From a virus (Duplodnaviria; Caudoviricetes), in IMG/VR virus record IMGVR_UViG_3300032292_001230, positions 1-24,411 of that record: 24,411 nucleotides of DNA. One strand, 5' to 3'. Within the stretch, counting starts at the first letter, position 1. The number at the start of each line of letters is the position of its first letter. Below the pieces are notes generated by a model. It was not told where the DNA came from. It did no database searches and was given only the letters and a program-made list of their open reading frames with translations. Shown here one piece after another: positions 1-7,357 of the stretch. The position numbers and the translations under genes were made by a program.

Positions 1-121
1 CCCATTTAGCCCGATATTCAGCGCACTTTTCTGGATTCTCTTTCGCCCATTTAGCCCGATATTCAGCAATTTTCTCTCGGTTTGCTTCTCGCCATTTAGC
101 TTGATATTCTTTGGTACTCAT
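1..121 (-). CDS. Partial CDS (runs off left edge): 15-aa repeat protein MSTKEYQAKWREANREKIAEYRAKWAKENPEKCAEYRAKW..., a helical repeat often seen N-terminal to phage HNH nucleases
   Basis: Manual translation from ATG at 121 on the minus strand, open to the window edge. 45-bp periodic repeats at 1, 46 and 91 encode EY(R/Q)AKW. Not in the ORF track. Confidence 0.7.
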   Translation of the reverse strand, partial: MSTKEYQAKWREANREKIAEYRAKWAKENPEKCAEYRAKW

Positions 122-371
122 AATGAAACTCTCTGATGTCTCTCTACATACTAAAGTAATTCGCAAAAATCTGATAGGTTGCCGTCCAATGATCGGTGAA
201 ATTGTCAGCAATGAAATTAAAAAAAATAATAGCGGGGGACAGTTTCAAGTATTAGTCCAGTACGAACGCGAAAGCCGCCCTCGATGGGTCGGTGGTGGGA
301 CATTGGCTAAGGTTGAGTGGTAGGATTTAAACAAACTAAACGCCATCATATTTTTAAAAATTAAAATTTAA

Positions 372-1310
372 TTATCGCCATCCTTTCAACAATGGCGCAA
401 GCGTCCGATTAGCAGGATCAAAATTAGGATCGGCGATCATTTTTGCGTGAACAGGGTTAATTTTTGGGAGTAAAACTGAGATTGTACTTCGGCAATTGTA
501 ATGCAAACTTGGCTGATATTTTTCAGCATCAGCAATCGGGAAAACAATCCCATTTCTGGTTAAGCAAATATCGGTTACGCGGTCATCAGAGATCGCCAAA
601 AACCTGCAATGAGTAGCAAGCGAACTTTGCTTAAATGTCTCTACTCTTGCTTCACTATATGCATTTGTAGTTTCAGTTCGTGAGATTGTGGCGGCGCGTG
701 ATTGGCTTACTCCTAACGTTTCTTGGATTAATAAATTTACTTTTTGGGGCGGTAATGTGTACCCATTTGGCTGCTCAATCATGCCCTGCGAAATATTATC
801 TTTTACCCTATCCAAAAACTCTTTTGCGTAATCACCCGCAATCATCAAATTGCGATTTAGTACTGACTTTACCCATGCTTTAGGGCGATCGCTATCAAAA
901 GCTGAAAAAGGTTTTATTTCAAATATTTTTTTAATTAGATCGGCAATAGATGCATATTGACTAATATTTAATTCAGTATTATTTGTTCTCGTTCGCTTTT
1001 TGTTCAGTGGCACGGCGGCGCGTAGCTCCTTAATCGCGTCTGTGCTACCTGACTTAAAGCCCTTATCCCACAATACATTTAAACTTTCTGCTACATCAGG
1101 CTGTAAATCCCAGTTAAGCTTTTTGATTTCTGCCAAAGATTTACCCTGCGATCGCTTGACTAAATCGCTTACAGCCGCCTTTGTTGCGCTAGACATACTT
1201 TTTAGCGCGGCTCTCTCAATTTTGTCCATAGTCGCGATTATCTCGCTAGCAGGCATTAAATCAGGTGCATCTGCATATCGAAATGTGCCAAATACTGAAT
1301 CGTAAAGCAT
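372..1310 (-). CDS. Phage head morphogenesis / minor head protein (SPP1 gp7 / Mu gpF family)
   Basis: Motifs RAATISRTETTNAY, DDRVTDIC and PSLHYNCRS are typical of Phage_Mu_F domains. Located in the head module. Confidence 0.9.
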   Translation of the reverse strand: MLYDSVFGTFRYADAPDLMPASEIIATMDKIERAALKSMSSATKAAVSDLVKRSQGKSLAEIKKLNWDLQPDVAESLNVLWDKGFKSGSTDAIKELRAAVPLNKKRTRTNNTELNISQYASIADLIKKIFEIKPFSAFDSDRPKAWVKSVLNRNLMIAGDYAKEFLDRVKDNISQGMIEQPNGYTLPPQKVNLLIQETLGVSQSRAATISRTETTNAYSEARVETFKQSSLATHCRFLAISDDRVTDICLTRNGIVFPIADAEKYQPSLHYNCRSTISVLLPKINPVHAKMIADPNFDPANRTLAPLLKGWR

Positions 1311-1380
1311 GGGCGATCGCGGGTGATGTATGGGGTTATTTTAGCTTATATGTGAATTAAATATAATTTGGGGCTAGGGG

Positions 1381-1410
1381 TTGACATTTGTTTTGTTAGG
1401 ATAGTAATAT
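1381..1410 (+). promoter_or_regulatory. Sigma70-type promoter TTGACA-N18-TAATAT for the 1449 ORF
   Basis: TTGACA at 1381-1386 and TAATAT at 1405-1410. Nearly the same sequence as the promoter at 6175. GAGGA RBS at 1435-1439. Confidence 0.7.
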
Positions 1411-1448
1411 AAAAAGTATCAAAGCAAATACACAGAGGACACAAGATT

Positions 1449-1748
1449 ATGGGCAAGCGTTCAGACTGGAATAAATTAGATTTGCACTGCAAGAAAGCAT
1501 CAAAACCTAGTGTAATCAAGCCCAAAAACATCAAAGCTGAAATTGATTTAACAATTGAATTGGATGATACTATCAAAGCTTTGCCACAAAAGGAATTGAT
1601 TGAAAAATACAATAAACTTGATTCTTTGCTTTTTAAAAATGATGGCAGTTTAAAATTGTGCAGATGCGAACGCACTCAATCATTAAGACTTTGCGAGTTT
1701 CGCGAATATCAAGCTGAAATTATTTTAAGGAATAAAATTAAAAACTAA
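1449..1748 (+). CDS. Hypothetical basic protein, moron-like, antisense to the head operon
   Basis: 99-aa ORF with its own promoter and RBS, filling the gap between two minus-strand head genes. Confidence 0.7.
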   Translation: MGKRSDWNKLDLHCKKASKPSVIKPKNIKAEIDLTIELDDTIKALPQKELIEKYNKLDSLLFKNDGSLKLCRCERTQSLRLCEFREYQAEIILRNKIKN

Positions 1749-2193
1749 CTACTGTCCCCCCCGATCGCGTTCCTACACTAGGGGCGCGATTTACTGCACC
1801 AATGGACACGCCAATCGCCACTTCACCACTGATAAAACTTTGCATGAGTTCATCTAGTTCATCCATGCCTTGCGTGCAATAATCGTCTTTGATTATCCCA
1901 CCTTCACTTGAAGGATCGGCTCCCATAAAGTTGGTTGTTAATATCTCGCATATCGTCAGCTTTTCGACAATGCTTGCCAATGCTTTTTGAGCATCAGTAT
2001 CGGTAAGATTTAAGGGTAGCTGGTACTTAGCTTTTAATCGCATCCGTACACGCGATTCAACTTGCTCGGCTATTTGATTTGTGTCAGAATCACTTATTAC
2101 CGTTTTGCCGAACGCCGCCTGTGTGCCGCCCATTTGGATGCGTTGTTTAAGTCTGGTGCTAATTGCTGCTAGAGTTGTAAATTGTAAAGTCAT
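1738..2193 (-). CDS. Head-tail adaptor/connector (Mu gp36 / DUF1320-like)
   Basis: 151 aa, downstream of the capsid gene, with the pattern ESRVRMRLKAKYQLPL...LASIVEKL. Confidence 0.65.
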   Translation of the reverse strand: MTLQFTTLAAISTRLKQRIQMGGTQAAFGKTVISDSDTNQIAEQVESRVRMRLKAKYQLPLNLTDTDAQKALASIVEKLTICEILTTNFMGADPSSEGGIIKDDYCTQGMDELDELMQSFISGEVAIGVSIGAVNRAPSVGTRSGGTVVSF

Positions 2194-2215
2194 TATTTTT
2201 TTTGAGGCTTAGATT

Positions 2216-2356
2216 ATGGAAGAGATAATTCCTTGGACTCCTACCAACAGAGCGCAAAGACGGAAATTCAGCAAGTTGAATAAGCCGATTACTAATTTGG
2301 CAAAAAAGCCCCGCCGTTGCAAAGGATCTGAAAAAAGTTTTGCACTGGCTAAATAG
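2216..2356 (+). CDS. Small basic hypothetical protein (46 aa, MEEIIPWTPTNRAQRRKFSKLNK...)
   Basis: ATG at 2216 with GAGG at 2204-2207. Stop at 2354-2356 lies immediately before the bidirectional terminator. The NRxQRR motif is common in small phage proteins. Below the ORF-track length cutoff. Confidence 0.5.
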   Translation: MEEIIPWTPTNRAQRRKFSKLNKPITNLAKKPRRCKGSEKSFALAK

Positions 2357-2390
2357 CCAAAAAGCCCGATCATGAGATCGGGCTTTTTGG
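2357..2390. terminator. Bidirectional intrinsic terminator after the major capsid gene
   Basis: Perfect 15-bp inverted repeat CCAAAAAGCCCGATC-atga-GATCGGGCTTTTTGG, giving T-tracts on both strands. Confidence 0.85.
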
Positions 2391-2408
2391 TATCAGTAAC
2401 AAAATGGT

Positions 2409-3548
2409 TTACACCACTTTTCGGGCGCAAATTTGGCGAGGATCTAGCACGATTGGCATATAGTTAGCCACGGCTGTAGTCCATGTTTTAAACGGAATAT
2501 CGTTAGTTTTTTCACCGCTTACGATAAAGATCCCGCTTGTGCCATCTTCTTCGCAAGGCACAAAAGCCCGCTCAATATATCCGTCCCAAGCAAAGAAATA
2601 GTAGTCGGTCGAACCGTTTACGTCCATCAAATACTTGTCGGTGACAGTACCGTTTGCCTGTTCCTCAGAAACCATCGCATCGATCTCAACCACAGTCGCT
2701 GGATTGCGAGGATTTACCCGTTCGCCAATGAGAGCTTTTACAGCTTCATCCGAGACGAATACACCTGTTAGATCCTGCGATGTAGTTCCAGAACCACCGT
2801 TTTTAGTCAGGAACGCAATTTTTGCTTCATTGCTATCTGCAATACGGCGCATATTTAGGCGGTTCATAAACACATAATCTGGGAACCTACCCAAATTGTC
2901 ATTACCGCCCGTAGGGTCGTAATAAACAATCTCAGCATGGTCTTTAAGGTTAGTCAAAGGAGTGCAAGTTGTAGGCTGATTCCATCGCGCATTACCCGTC
3001 AATGCAGCAGGCATATGGCTCGCTACGGTCGTGTAACTTACTGAAAATTGCACTTTTGAGATTGGATCAGAAAAAGTGCAACTTCCAGTAAGAGCGATCT
3101 GAGTAGATAGCAAACGCGCCTTATCTTGGATTGCTGGAACTAACCCAGAGATTTCACCAAAGAAGTGCTTCTTGACCACATCTGCAAACGCAACCGCATT
3201 ATTGCCAGACATCATGTTTAGCTTACGAATCAGCGCCAAGGTTTCAGAACCGTATTGATACTTTTTACCGATCCGCGAGTCTTTTAGGATGTCTTCGGTG
3301 AGTGTCATTCGTGGTTTGCTAGGTGGGATCTCAGCATCTTTCGATACTAAAGTACCAACAGTGGGGCGGTGGGTTTTAATGCGATTCAAAAGCAAATTTG
3401 TATCTGCATAAAACTTAGGAGCGATGACGCGATCCAAAACAGGGATTGCTTCGGTATCCATCAAAAATGCATTGGTTTGATCAACCAAAACGCGAATACT
3501 ATTCGCAATGTCCTGACGGTTTAAATATTCGAGAATTTCACCAGCCAT
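2409..3548 (-). CDS. Major capsid protein (lambda gpE-like / Phage_cap_E, HK97 fold)
   Basis: 379 aa with IALTG...DPISKVQFSVSY...ALTGNARW...PLTNL pattern. Follows the protease and decoration genes and precedes a terminator. Confidence 0.85.
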   Translation of the reverse strand: MAGEILEYLNRQDIANSIRVLVDQTNAFLMDTEAIPVLDRVIAPKFYADTNLLLNRIKTHRPTVGTLVSKDAEIPPSKPRMTLTEDILKDSRIGKKYQYGSETLALIRKLNMMSGNNAVAFADVVKKHFFGEISGLVPAIQDKARLLSTQIALTGSCTFSDPISKVQFSVSYTTVASHMPAALTGNARWNQPTTCTPLTNLKDHAEIVYYDPTGGNDNLGRFPDYVFMNRLNMRRIADSNEAKIAFLTKNGGSGTTSQDLTGVFVSDEAVKALIGERVNPRNPATVVEIDAMVSEEQANGTVTDKYLMDVNGSTDYYFFAWDGYIERAFVPCEEDGTSGIFIVSGEKTNDIPFKTWTTAVANYMPIVLDPRQICARKVV

Positions 3549-3554
3549 TATTTT

Positions 3555-4460
3555 TTATCCCCTAGGAACTGAAGTGATTTTAGGAAGTGCCAACGCGATC
3601 GCCTCATCCCAGTAAGGGATTAACGATGTATAAATATCTGCATAATCGTAGATATTCACATCGTTAGAGAGAGCCATTTGCATTGATTCAGTGGTAGCGA
3701 TTAAGCGCTTTTCAACTGATAAACCGATGATTTGACTTGGCTTGACAGCAACACCAATAGGAGCGCCGATCGGCTGTGCCACAGCACTACCCGCCGCTAA
3801 TGTAATCACGTTGGTCGTGGTATTGATTGCAGTTGATGCATGGATTGAGGCGATCGCTACATTTTCTTGCATCACAGCCGCGCTCGCAGTAGAGGTCACG
3901 CCGCCGCCTGTAACGGAAGTAGCAAAGGTATAAGCCAATCCAGTCCGAGCGTAAAAGTACACAATTGCGCCGCTTGCGATCGCTAATACTTTATCGCTAG
4001 CCACACCTGTATTGATAAAGGCTGCGAACGATGTAGCGGTAATAGTTGCGGTCGTGTCTCCTGCTACCAAGGTATAGGTTAGGGCTTGACCTTGTAAGGT
4101 GAGTGTAATCGTGTTACCAGTGGCAACAGTACCCGCAAAAGTAAGGGTCGCATATGGTCTTGGGATTACCAAAGCGCCGCCGTTTTTAAATACCTTAGAG
4201 TCAGCAACAGTAACGGTGGTATCACTTGAAGCAAGCGCCGCCGCCACAGTAGTCAAAGGCAAAACGCGAACAAAATTAGAGCTAGGAATATCGACAAAAA
4301 TAGAACCCGCTTTGATTACTTTTGCGCCGCCTGAATCAGCTTGCAAAAAGCTTAAATCTACGGTGCGAGAGATTGGGGCGCGATAAGCATTGGTAGCCAG
4401 AACATTAATATCCTGGTCTACACTTGCATTAAAAGTTTGAGTTACGACTGATGTAGCCAT
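3555..4460 (-). CDS. Head decoration protein with an inserted Thr/Ala-rich beta domain
   Basis: Sits between protease and capsid genes. N-terminal GAKVIKAGSIF and C-terminal LIPYWDEAIALALPKI resemble decoration proteins. Confidence 0.6.
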   Translation of the reverse strand: MATSVVTQTFNASVDQDINVLATNAYRAPISRTVDLSFLQADSGGAKVIKAGSIFVDIPSSNFVRVLPLTTVAAALASSDTTVTVADSKVFKNGGALVIPRPYATLTFAGTVATGNTITLTLQGQALTYTLVAGDTTATITATSFAAFINTGVASDKVLAIASGAIVYFYARTGLAYTFATSVTGGGVTSTASAAVMQENVAIASIHASTAINTTTNVITLAAGSAVAQPIGAPIGVAVKPSQIIGLSVEKRLIATTESMQMALSNDVNIYDYADIYTSLIPYWDEAIALALPKITSVPRG

Positions 4461-4462
4461 TA

Positions 4463-5689
4463 TTATTTTTTAACTCCGTATTTACGTTCGTAATTTTTTA
4501 CTGTTTCTGCAACAGCATCAGCTACCGCTTTATCGATAGCATCAGATGCGGGGCGATCTGGAACTGCCTGATTAATCAAGGGAGTAGCGCCATAAACTGA
4601 AGGGGCAAGACGCGGATCAGGCGTGATATTTTCATTCACATAGTTGAGAAAATCTTCAAGAGCGCCATTAGCGATCGCCGCTTCATTCCTTTCAAAAGCG
4701 TCATCGCCCTCAAAAGTAGCTTTATACTTAGCCGCGCTAAGTTTGCCAAGCCCGTTAAGTTCACTTGCGCGATCTTTTAATGCCGAAAATTTGCGGATAT
4801 TTGCGGTCGCTTTATCTTGAGCGTCTTTAATAAGTTGCTGCATTTCAGCAGCATTATAGGTTTTAGACCCTTCAGACATAGATTTCTCCATTATTGTAAT
4901 TGGTACAGTTTCAAGCTCTTCATCAGGCTTAGGGGCATAAATACCCATAAGGTAATCAGAAAAAGCCGTGACGGTTGATTTAATGGACTTATAACGGCTC
5001 TTTGGGAGTTCGTCATCAGTCGCATCAATGATATTGTCCATAGCCCTAGAGAATGCGTAATAACCGCGCTCTCTAGCGTTCATAGACTTCATGTCATCTT
5101 CTGTCCATTCCTTTTGAGCGCGTCTCATTTGCGACTCAAAAGAGAATGCATATTTTTTGATATCCACATCAGGTTCCCCCGAATATATATGTGCTTCTTT
5201 TACCGCACCCCAAGGCACAGCAGATACTTCAAAAATTGTTCCTGTATCTTTTTGCAGAATTATCCCTATGGATAATTCTTTTAATAATTTTGAATGATAT
5301 TTTTCGATCGCTTTTTCATCGCGAATTTCGATACCATCATTAAAAATTGCATATTTGCCAATTGAGTCGCGATCGCTGCGATCGCTATTCTCTGGTAAAT
5401 CCGTTTCAACAATTTCACGCGCCGTAAATTTGCCAGTGACCGAGCCAATACGAGTTTTTTGGCTGTACTCATGATCGGTAAATAATTTTATTTCTTGCGT
5501 GAGGGCATATTCGTTTGAAGTTGCCACAATGCTATCGATTAATTCGCGAGTATAGGTTGTTTTTTGCCCTTCACTGTCAGTTACATCACCTTCAACCAAT
5601 AACAAAGCAGGGCGCGTCAATACACCGCTTTTTGTGAGCGCTGTATTTGCTTCGCGGTAGTAACGGTGGGTTTTAGTTTTTGTCGCCAT
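4463..5689 (-). CDS. Prohead maturation protease fused to a scaffold region
   Basis: FTDHE (His), ELSIGI (Ser) and FEVSAVPWGAV fit herpes/HK97/Mu-type prohead proteases. Charged helical C-terminal half. Confidence 0.75.
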   Translation of the reverse strand: MATKTKTHRYYREANTALTKSGVLTRPALLLVEGDVTDSEGQKTTYTRELIDSIVATSNEYALTQEIKLFTDHEYSQKTRIGSVTGKFTAREIVETDLPENSDRSDRDSIGKYAIFNDGIEIRDEKAIEKYHSKLLKELSIGIILQKDTGTIFEVSAVPWGAVKEAHIYSGEPDVDIKKYAFSFESQMRRAQKEWTEDDMKSMNARERGYYAFSRAMDNIIDATDDELPKSRYKSIKSTVTAFSDYLMGIYAPKPDEELETVPITIMEKSMSEGSKTYNAAEMQQLIKDAQDKATANIRKFSALKDRASELNGLGKLSAAKYKATFEGDDAFERNEAAIANGALEDFLNYVNENITPDPRLAPSVYGATPLINQAVPDRPASDAIDKAVADAVAETVKNYERKYGVKK

Positions 5690-5745
5690 TACGTTAATTT
5701 CTTTACTAAGGCTAGAAAATAAAGCAAGCCTGCATTTTTGGCAAC

Positions 5746-5808
5746 AAAAAGCCCCTGATTAAATTTAATCAGGGTAGTGAGAGCCTAATTAGGTCGGGGC
5801 GCTTTTTT
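5746..5808. repeat. Nested palindromes; possible terminator or operator
   Basis: Perfect 22-bp palindrome CCCTGATTAAATTTAATCAGGG (5753-5774) and 10-bp palindrome CCTAATTAGG (5784-5793), with outer arms AAAAAGCCCC / GGGGCGCTTTTT. Confidence 0.6.
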
Positions 5809-5812
5809 ATTG

Positions 5813-6134
5813 GCTGACCATAGGTAGGCACAAATAAGGCAAGTGCTGACCATAGCCACAACCTATATATATCAACGCTTTTCAGCCATCGCGCCTAGCT
5901 GTCTAGGCTAAAAAGCCGTTTTAAATCCTATACAAAAGCAATACACATAAAATCACTAATAAAAATATGTGCATATATATTACCTGTATGTATGTGTAAT
6001 GTAGGTATTAGATAGACAATATGGCTGTAACCCTTATGCAGTACTGTGGACAGATGTGGTCAGGGGTATGGACAGCAGATTTTACTGAAATAGGCGCAAA
6101 ACCTTACAGCGTATACATCTTAGCGATGGTCAAC
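5813..6134. repeat. Oppositely oriented 9-11-mer repeats flanking an AT-rich core (origin-like)
   Basis: GCTGACCATAG at 5813 and 5845. Reverse-orientation variants TGTGGACAG at 6045, TGTGGTCAG at 6055, TATGGACAGC at 6067 and GATGGTCAAC at 6125. Confidence 0.5.
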
Positions 6135-6174
6135 ACCTTGGCTATCACTAGCCAAAACTGTTTTTGAAAACCTA

Positions 6175-6203
6175 TTGACATTTGTTGTGTTAGGGGATAA
6201 TAT
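6175..6203 (+). promoter_or_regulatory. Sigma70-type promoter TTGACA-N17-TAATAT; probably gives a leaderless mRNA
   Basis: TTGACA at 6175-6180, TAATAT at 6198-6203, ATG at 6211. Confidence 0.75.
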
Positions 6204-6210
6204 AAAAACT

Positions 6211-6582
6211 ATGGATATTGAACTAACCGAGCAGCAAGAAAACGAGTACACCCGCCGTACTGCATTAGTCTATTTTCAGCAGTATGTTGATGGCTCCATG
6301 ATTGGATTTACGGGCGACGAAGATAATTTGCCAAGCGATCGCGAGATAAACAAGCGACTCAAAGCGTACGCCCAAACTTTGACACCTAATCGATTAACTG
6401 GATTCGATAGCGACGGGTGGACTATGAATTTTAAAGAAGTTGTTGAAGTTGAATTTGATTATTACCCACACTTCCCAATGTGGGCGCAATCGGATCTAGA
6501 CGGCGTAAAACCTTACTACCTTCCCAACGGATGCAACGGTGACGGCGCTAACGTAAGCAGCAAAAAACTCAAGAAGGATTAA
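6211..6582 (+). CDS. Hypothetical acidic protein (start revised to ATG 6211)
   Basis: The ORF-track start at 6175 is the TTG of the -35 box. MDIELTEQQ begins at the predicted transcription start. Confidence 0.7.
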   Translation: MDIELTEQQENEYTRRTALVYFQQYVDGSMIGFTGDEDNLPSDREINKRLKAYAQTLTPNRLTGFDSDGWTMNFKEVVEVEFDYYPHFPMWAQSDLDGVKPYYLPNGCNGDGANVSSKKLKKD

Positions 6583-6603
6583 CTCTCGCAAACTAAAACT
6601 GAT

Positions 6604-6885
6604 ATGCCAAAGCCAAACCCTCTAAATCCGATCTGCACTCAATGTGGCAAACACACCACATTTAACTGCACGCTACCATCAGGTGCGAAGCAGTACCGAT
6701 GCCGCCGCCATACCCCTAATTACACCTGTACCGATAGCGATCGCCCAGAGGGTGGGCAATTACTGGGCGATCGCAAGCTCACACAAAAAGAGCTTACTGA
6801 AAGGTGGAAGTTAAACGATCCTGAAGGGTATCGCGCCGCCCAAAAACGCAAACAACAAAAGCGAAAAAAGCTAAAAAATAAATAA
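6604..6885 (+). CDS. Zn-ribbon protein (InsA-N-like CxxC...CxxH) with a basic C-terminal helix; putative DNA-binding regulator
   Basis: CTQC...SGAKQYRCRRH and a K/R-rich tail. Confidence 0.65.
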   Translation: MPKPNPLNPICTQCGKHTTFNCTLPSGAKQYRCRRHTPNYTCTDSDRPEGGQLLGDRKLTQKELTERWKLNDPEGYRAAQKRKQQKRKKLKNK

Positions 6886-7049
6886 TTTAAAATTATATTA
6901 GTGATATTAAAATAATTTGCCGCCCGAAACCCTTGCACCGTATACGTTCTTATAAATATCAGCAAAATAATTTAAAATTATATTTACGATGTTTTACTAA
7001 AATACGCTTTAAAAGCTATACAGCGTATACGTTTAAGCGATTTTTGCTA
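6880..7049. repeat. Degenerate 85-bp tandem duplication upstream of the ncRNA promoter
   Basis: AAATAATTTAAAATTATATT at 6880 and 6965, and CGTATACGTT at 6939 and 7024; both pairs are offset by 85. Confidence 0.75.
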
Positions 7050-7083
7050 AGGGGTTGACATACGCTGTATAGGATGCTATTAT
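7016..7083 (+). promoter_or_regulatory. Strong sigma70 promoter TTGACA-N17-TATTAT (extended -10 TG) with a 13-bp inverted-repeat operator
   Basis: TTGACA at 7055-7060, TG at 7075-7076, TATTAT at 7078-7083. CTATACAGCGTAT (7016-7028) and its reverse complement ATACGCTGTATAG (7060-7072). Confidence 0.85.
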
Positions 7084-7089
7084 TTAGAA

Positions 7090-7357
7090 AGTTAAGAAAT
7101 TAACTGGTGCGAAACCCTAAAACAAAGCGAGGATGACGCTATACAAACCCTGTAGACCCCAGTAAAATCGGTGAGAAACCCTTATACAAACCGAGGATGA
7201 CGGTATATAAACCTCGAATGCGAGAAACCCTGAGAAACAGGATAAACAAAGCGAGGATGACGCTATACAAACCCTGTAGACCCCAGTAAAATCGGTGAGA
7301 AACCCTTATACAAACCGAGGATGACGGTATATAAACCTCGCTAACCGAGAACGGTTA
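7090..7357 (+). ncRNA. Putative ~270-nt repeat-array ncRNA built from tandem small hairpins
   Basis: No ORF in the track. Begins at the predicted TSS with hairpin AGUUAA-GAAA-UUAACU. Four A(G/C)CG-AGGAUGA-CG(C/G)U hairpins at 7126, 7190, 7250 and 7314 show a compensatory G-C/C-G swap. Ends in UAACCG-AGAA-CGGUUA at the ribozyme cut site. Confidence 0.7.
7120..7340 (+). repeat. Exact 97-bp direct repeat x2 (7120-7216 and 7244-7340), each holding two related ~27-bp subunits
   Basis: Read directly; period 124 bp. Subunit consensus CAAA(G/C)CGAGGATGACG(C/G)TATA(C/T)AAACC. Confidence 0.95.

Noticed and set aside
181-315. Second HDV-like ribozyme on the plus strand (...GGUGGGACAUUGGCUAAGGUU)
   Set aside because: J4/2-like GGCUAA and short P2/P3 pairings exist, but L3 (CUCGAUG) is non-canonical and there is no convincing nearby P1 5' strand. 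A simple hairpin at 274-296 or a small ORF from ATG 189 explains it equally well.
2209-2430. 73-aa minus-strand ORF after the capsid gene
   Set aside because: It runs through the terminator hairpin; the opposite-strand 46-aa ORF has better signals.
6175-6210. ORF-track N-terminal extension MTFVVLGDNIKT
   Set aside because: The TTG is the -35 box of a promoter; ATG 6211 is the more plausible start.
6604-6885. IS1 element suggested by the InsA-like Zn ribbon
   Set aside because: No InsB/DDE transposase and no terminal inverted repeats are seen.
7107-7340. Repeat array as a canonical CRISPR array for the type IV operon
   Set aside because: The intervening sequences are duplicated rather than unique, and the repeats alternate between two variants. 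Kept as a non-CRISPR repeat RNA.
7107-7340. Hammerhead ribozymes or a TIGR-type array suggested by GATGA and GAAA motifs
   Set aside because: The core is GGAUGA, not CUGAUGA, and the three-stem junction cannot be built. There is no 36-nt periodicity and no Nop-domain protein in the window.
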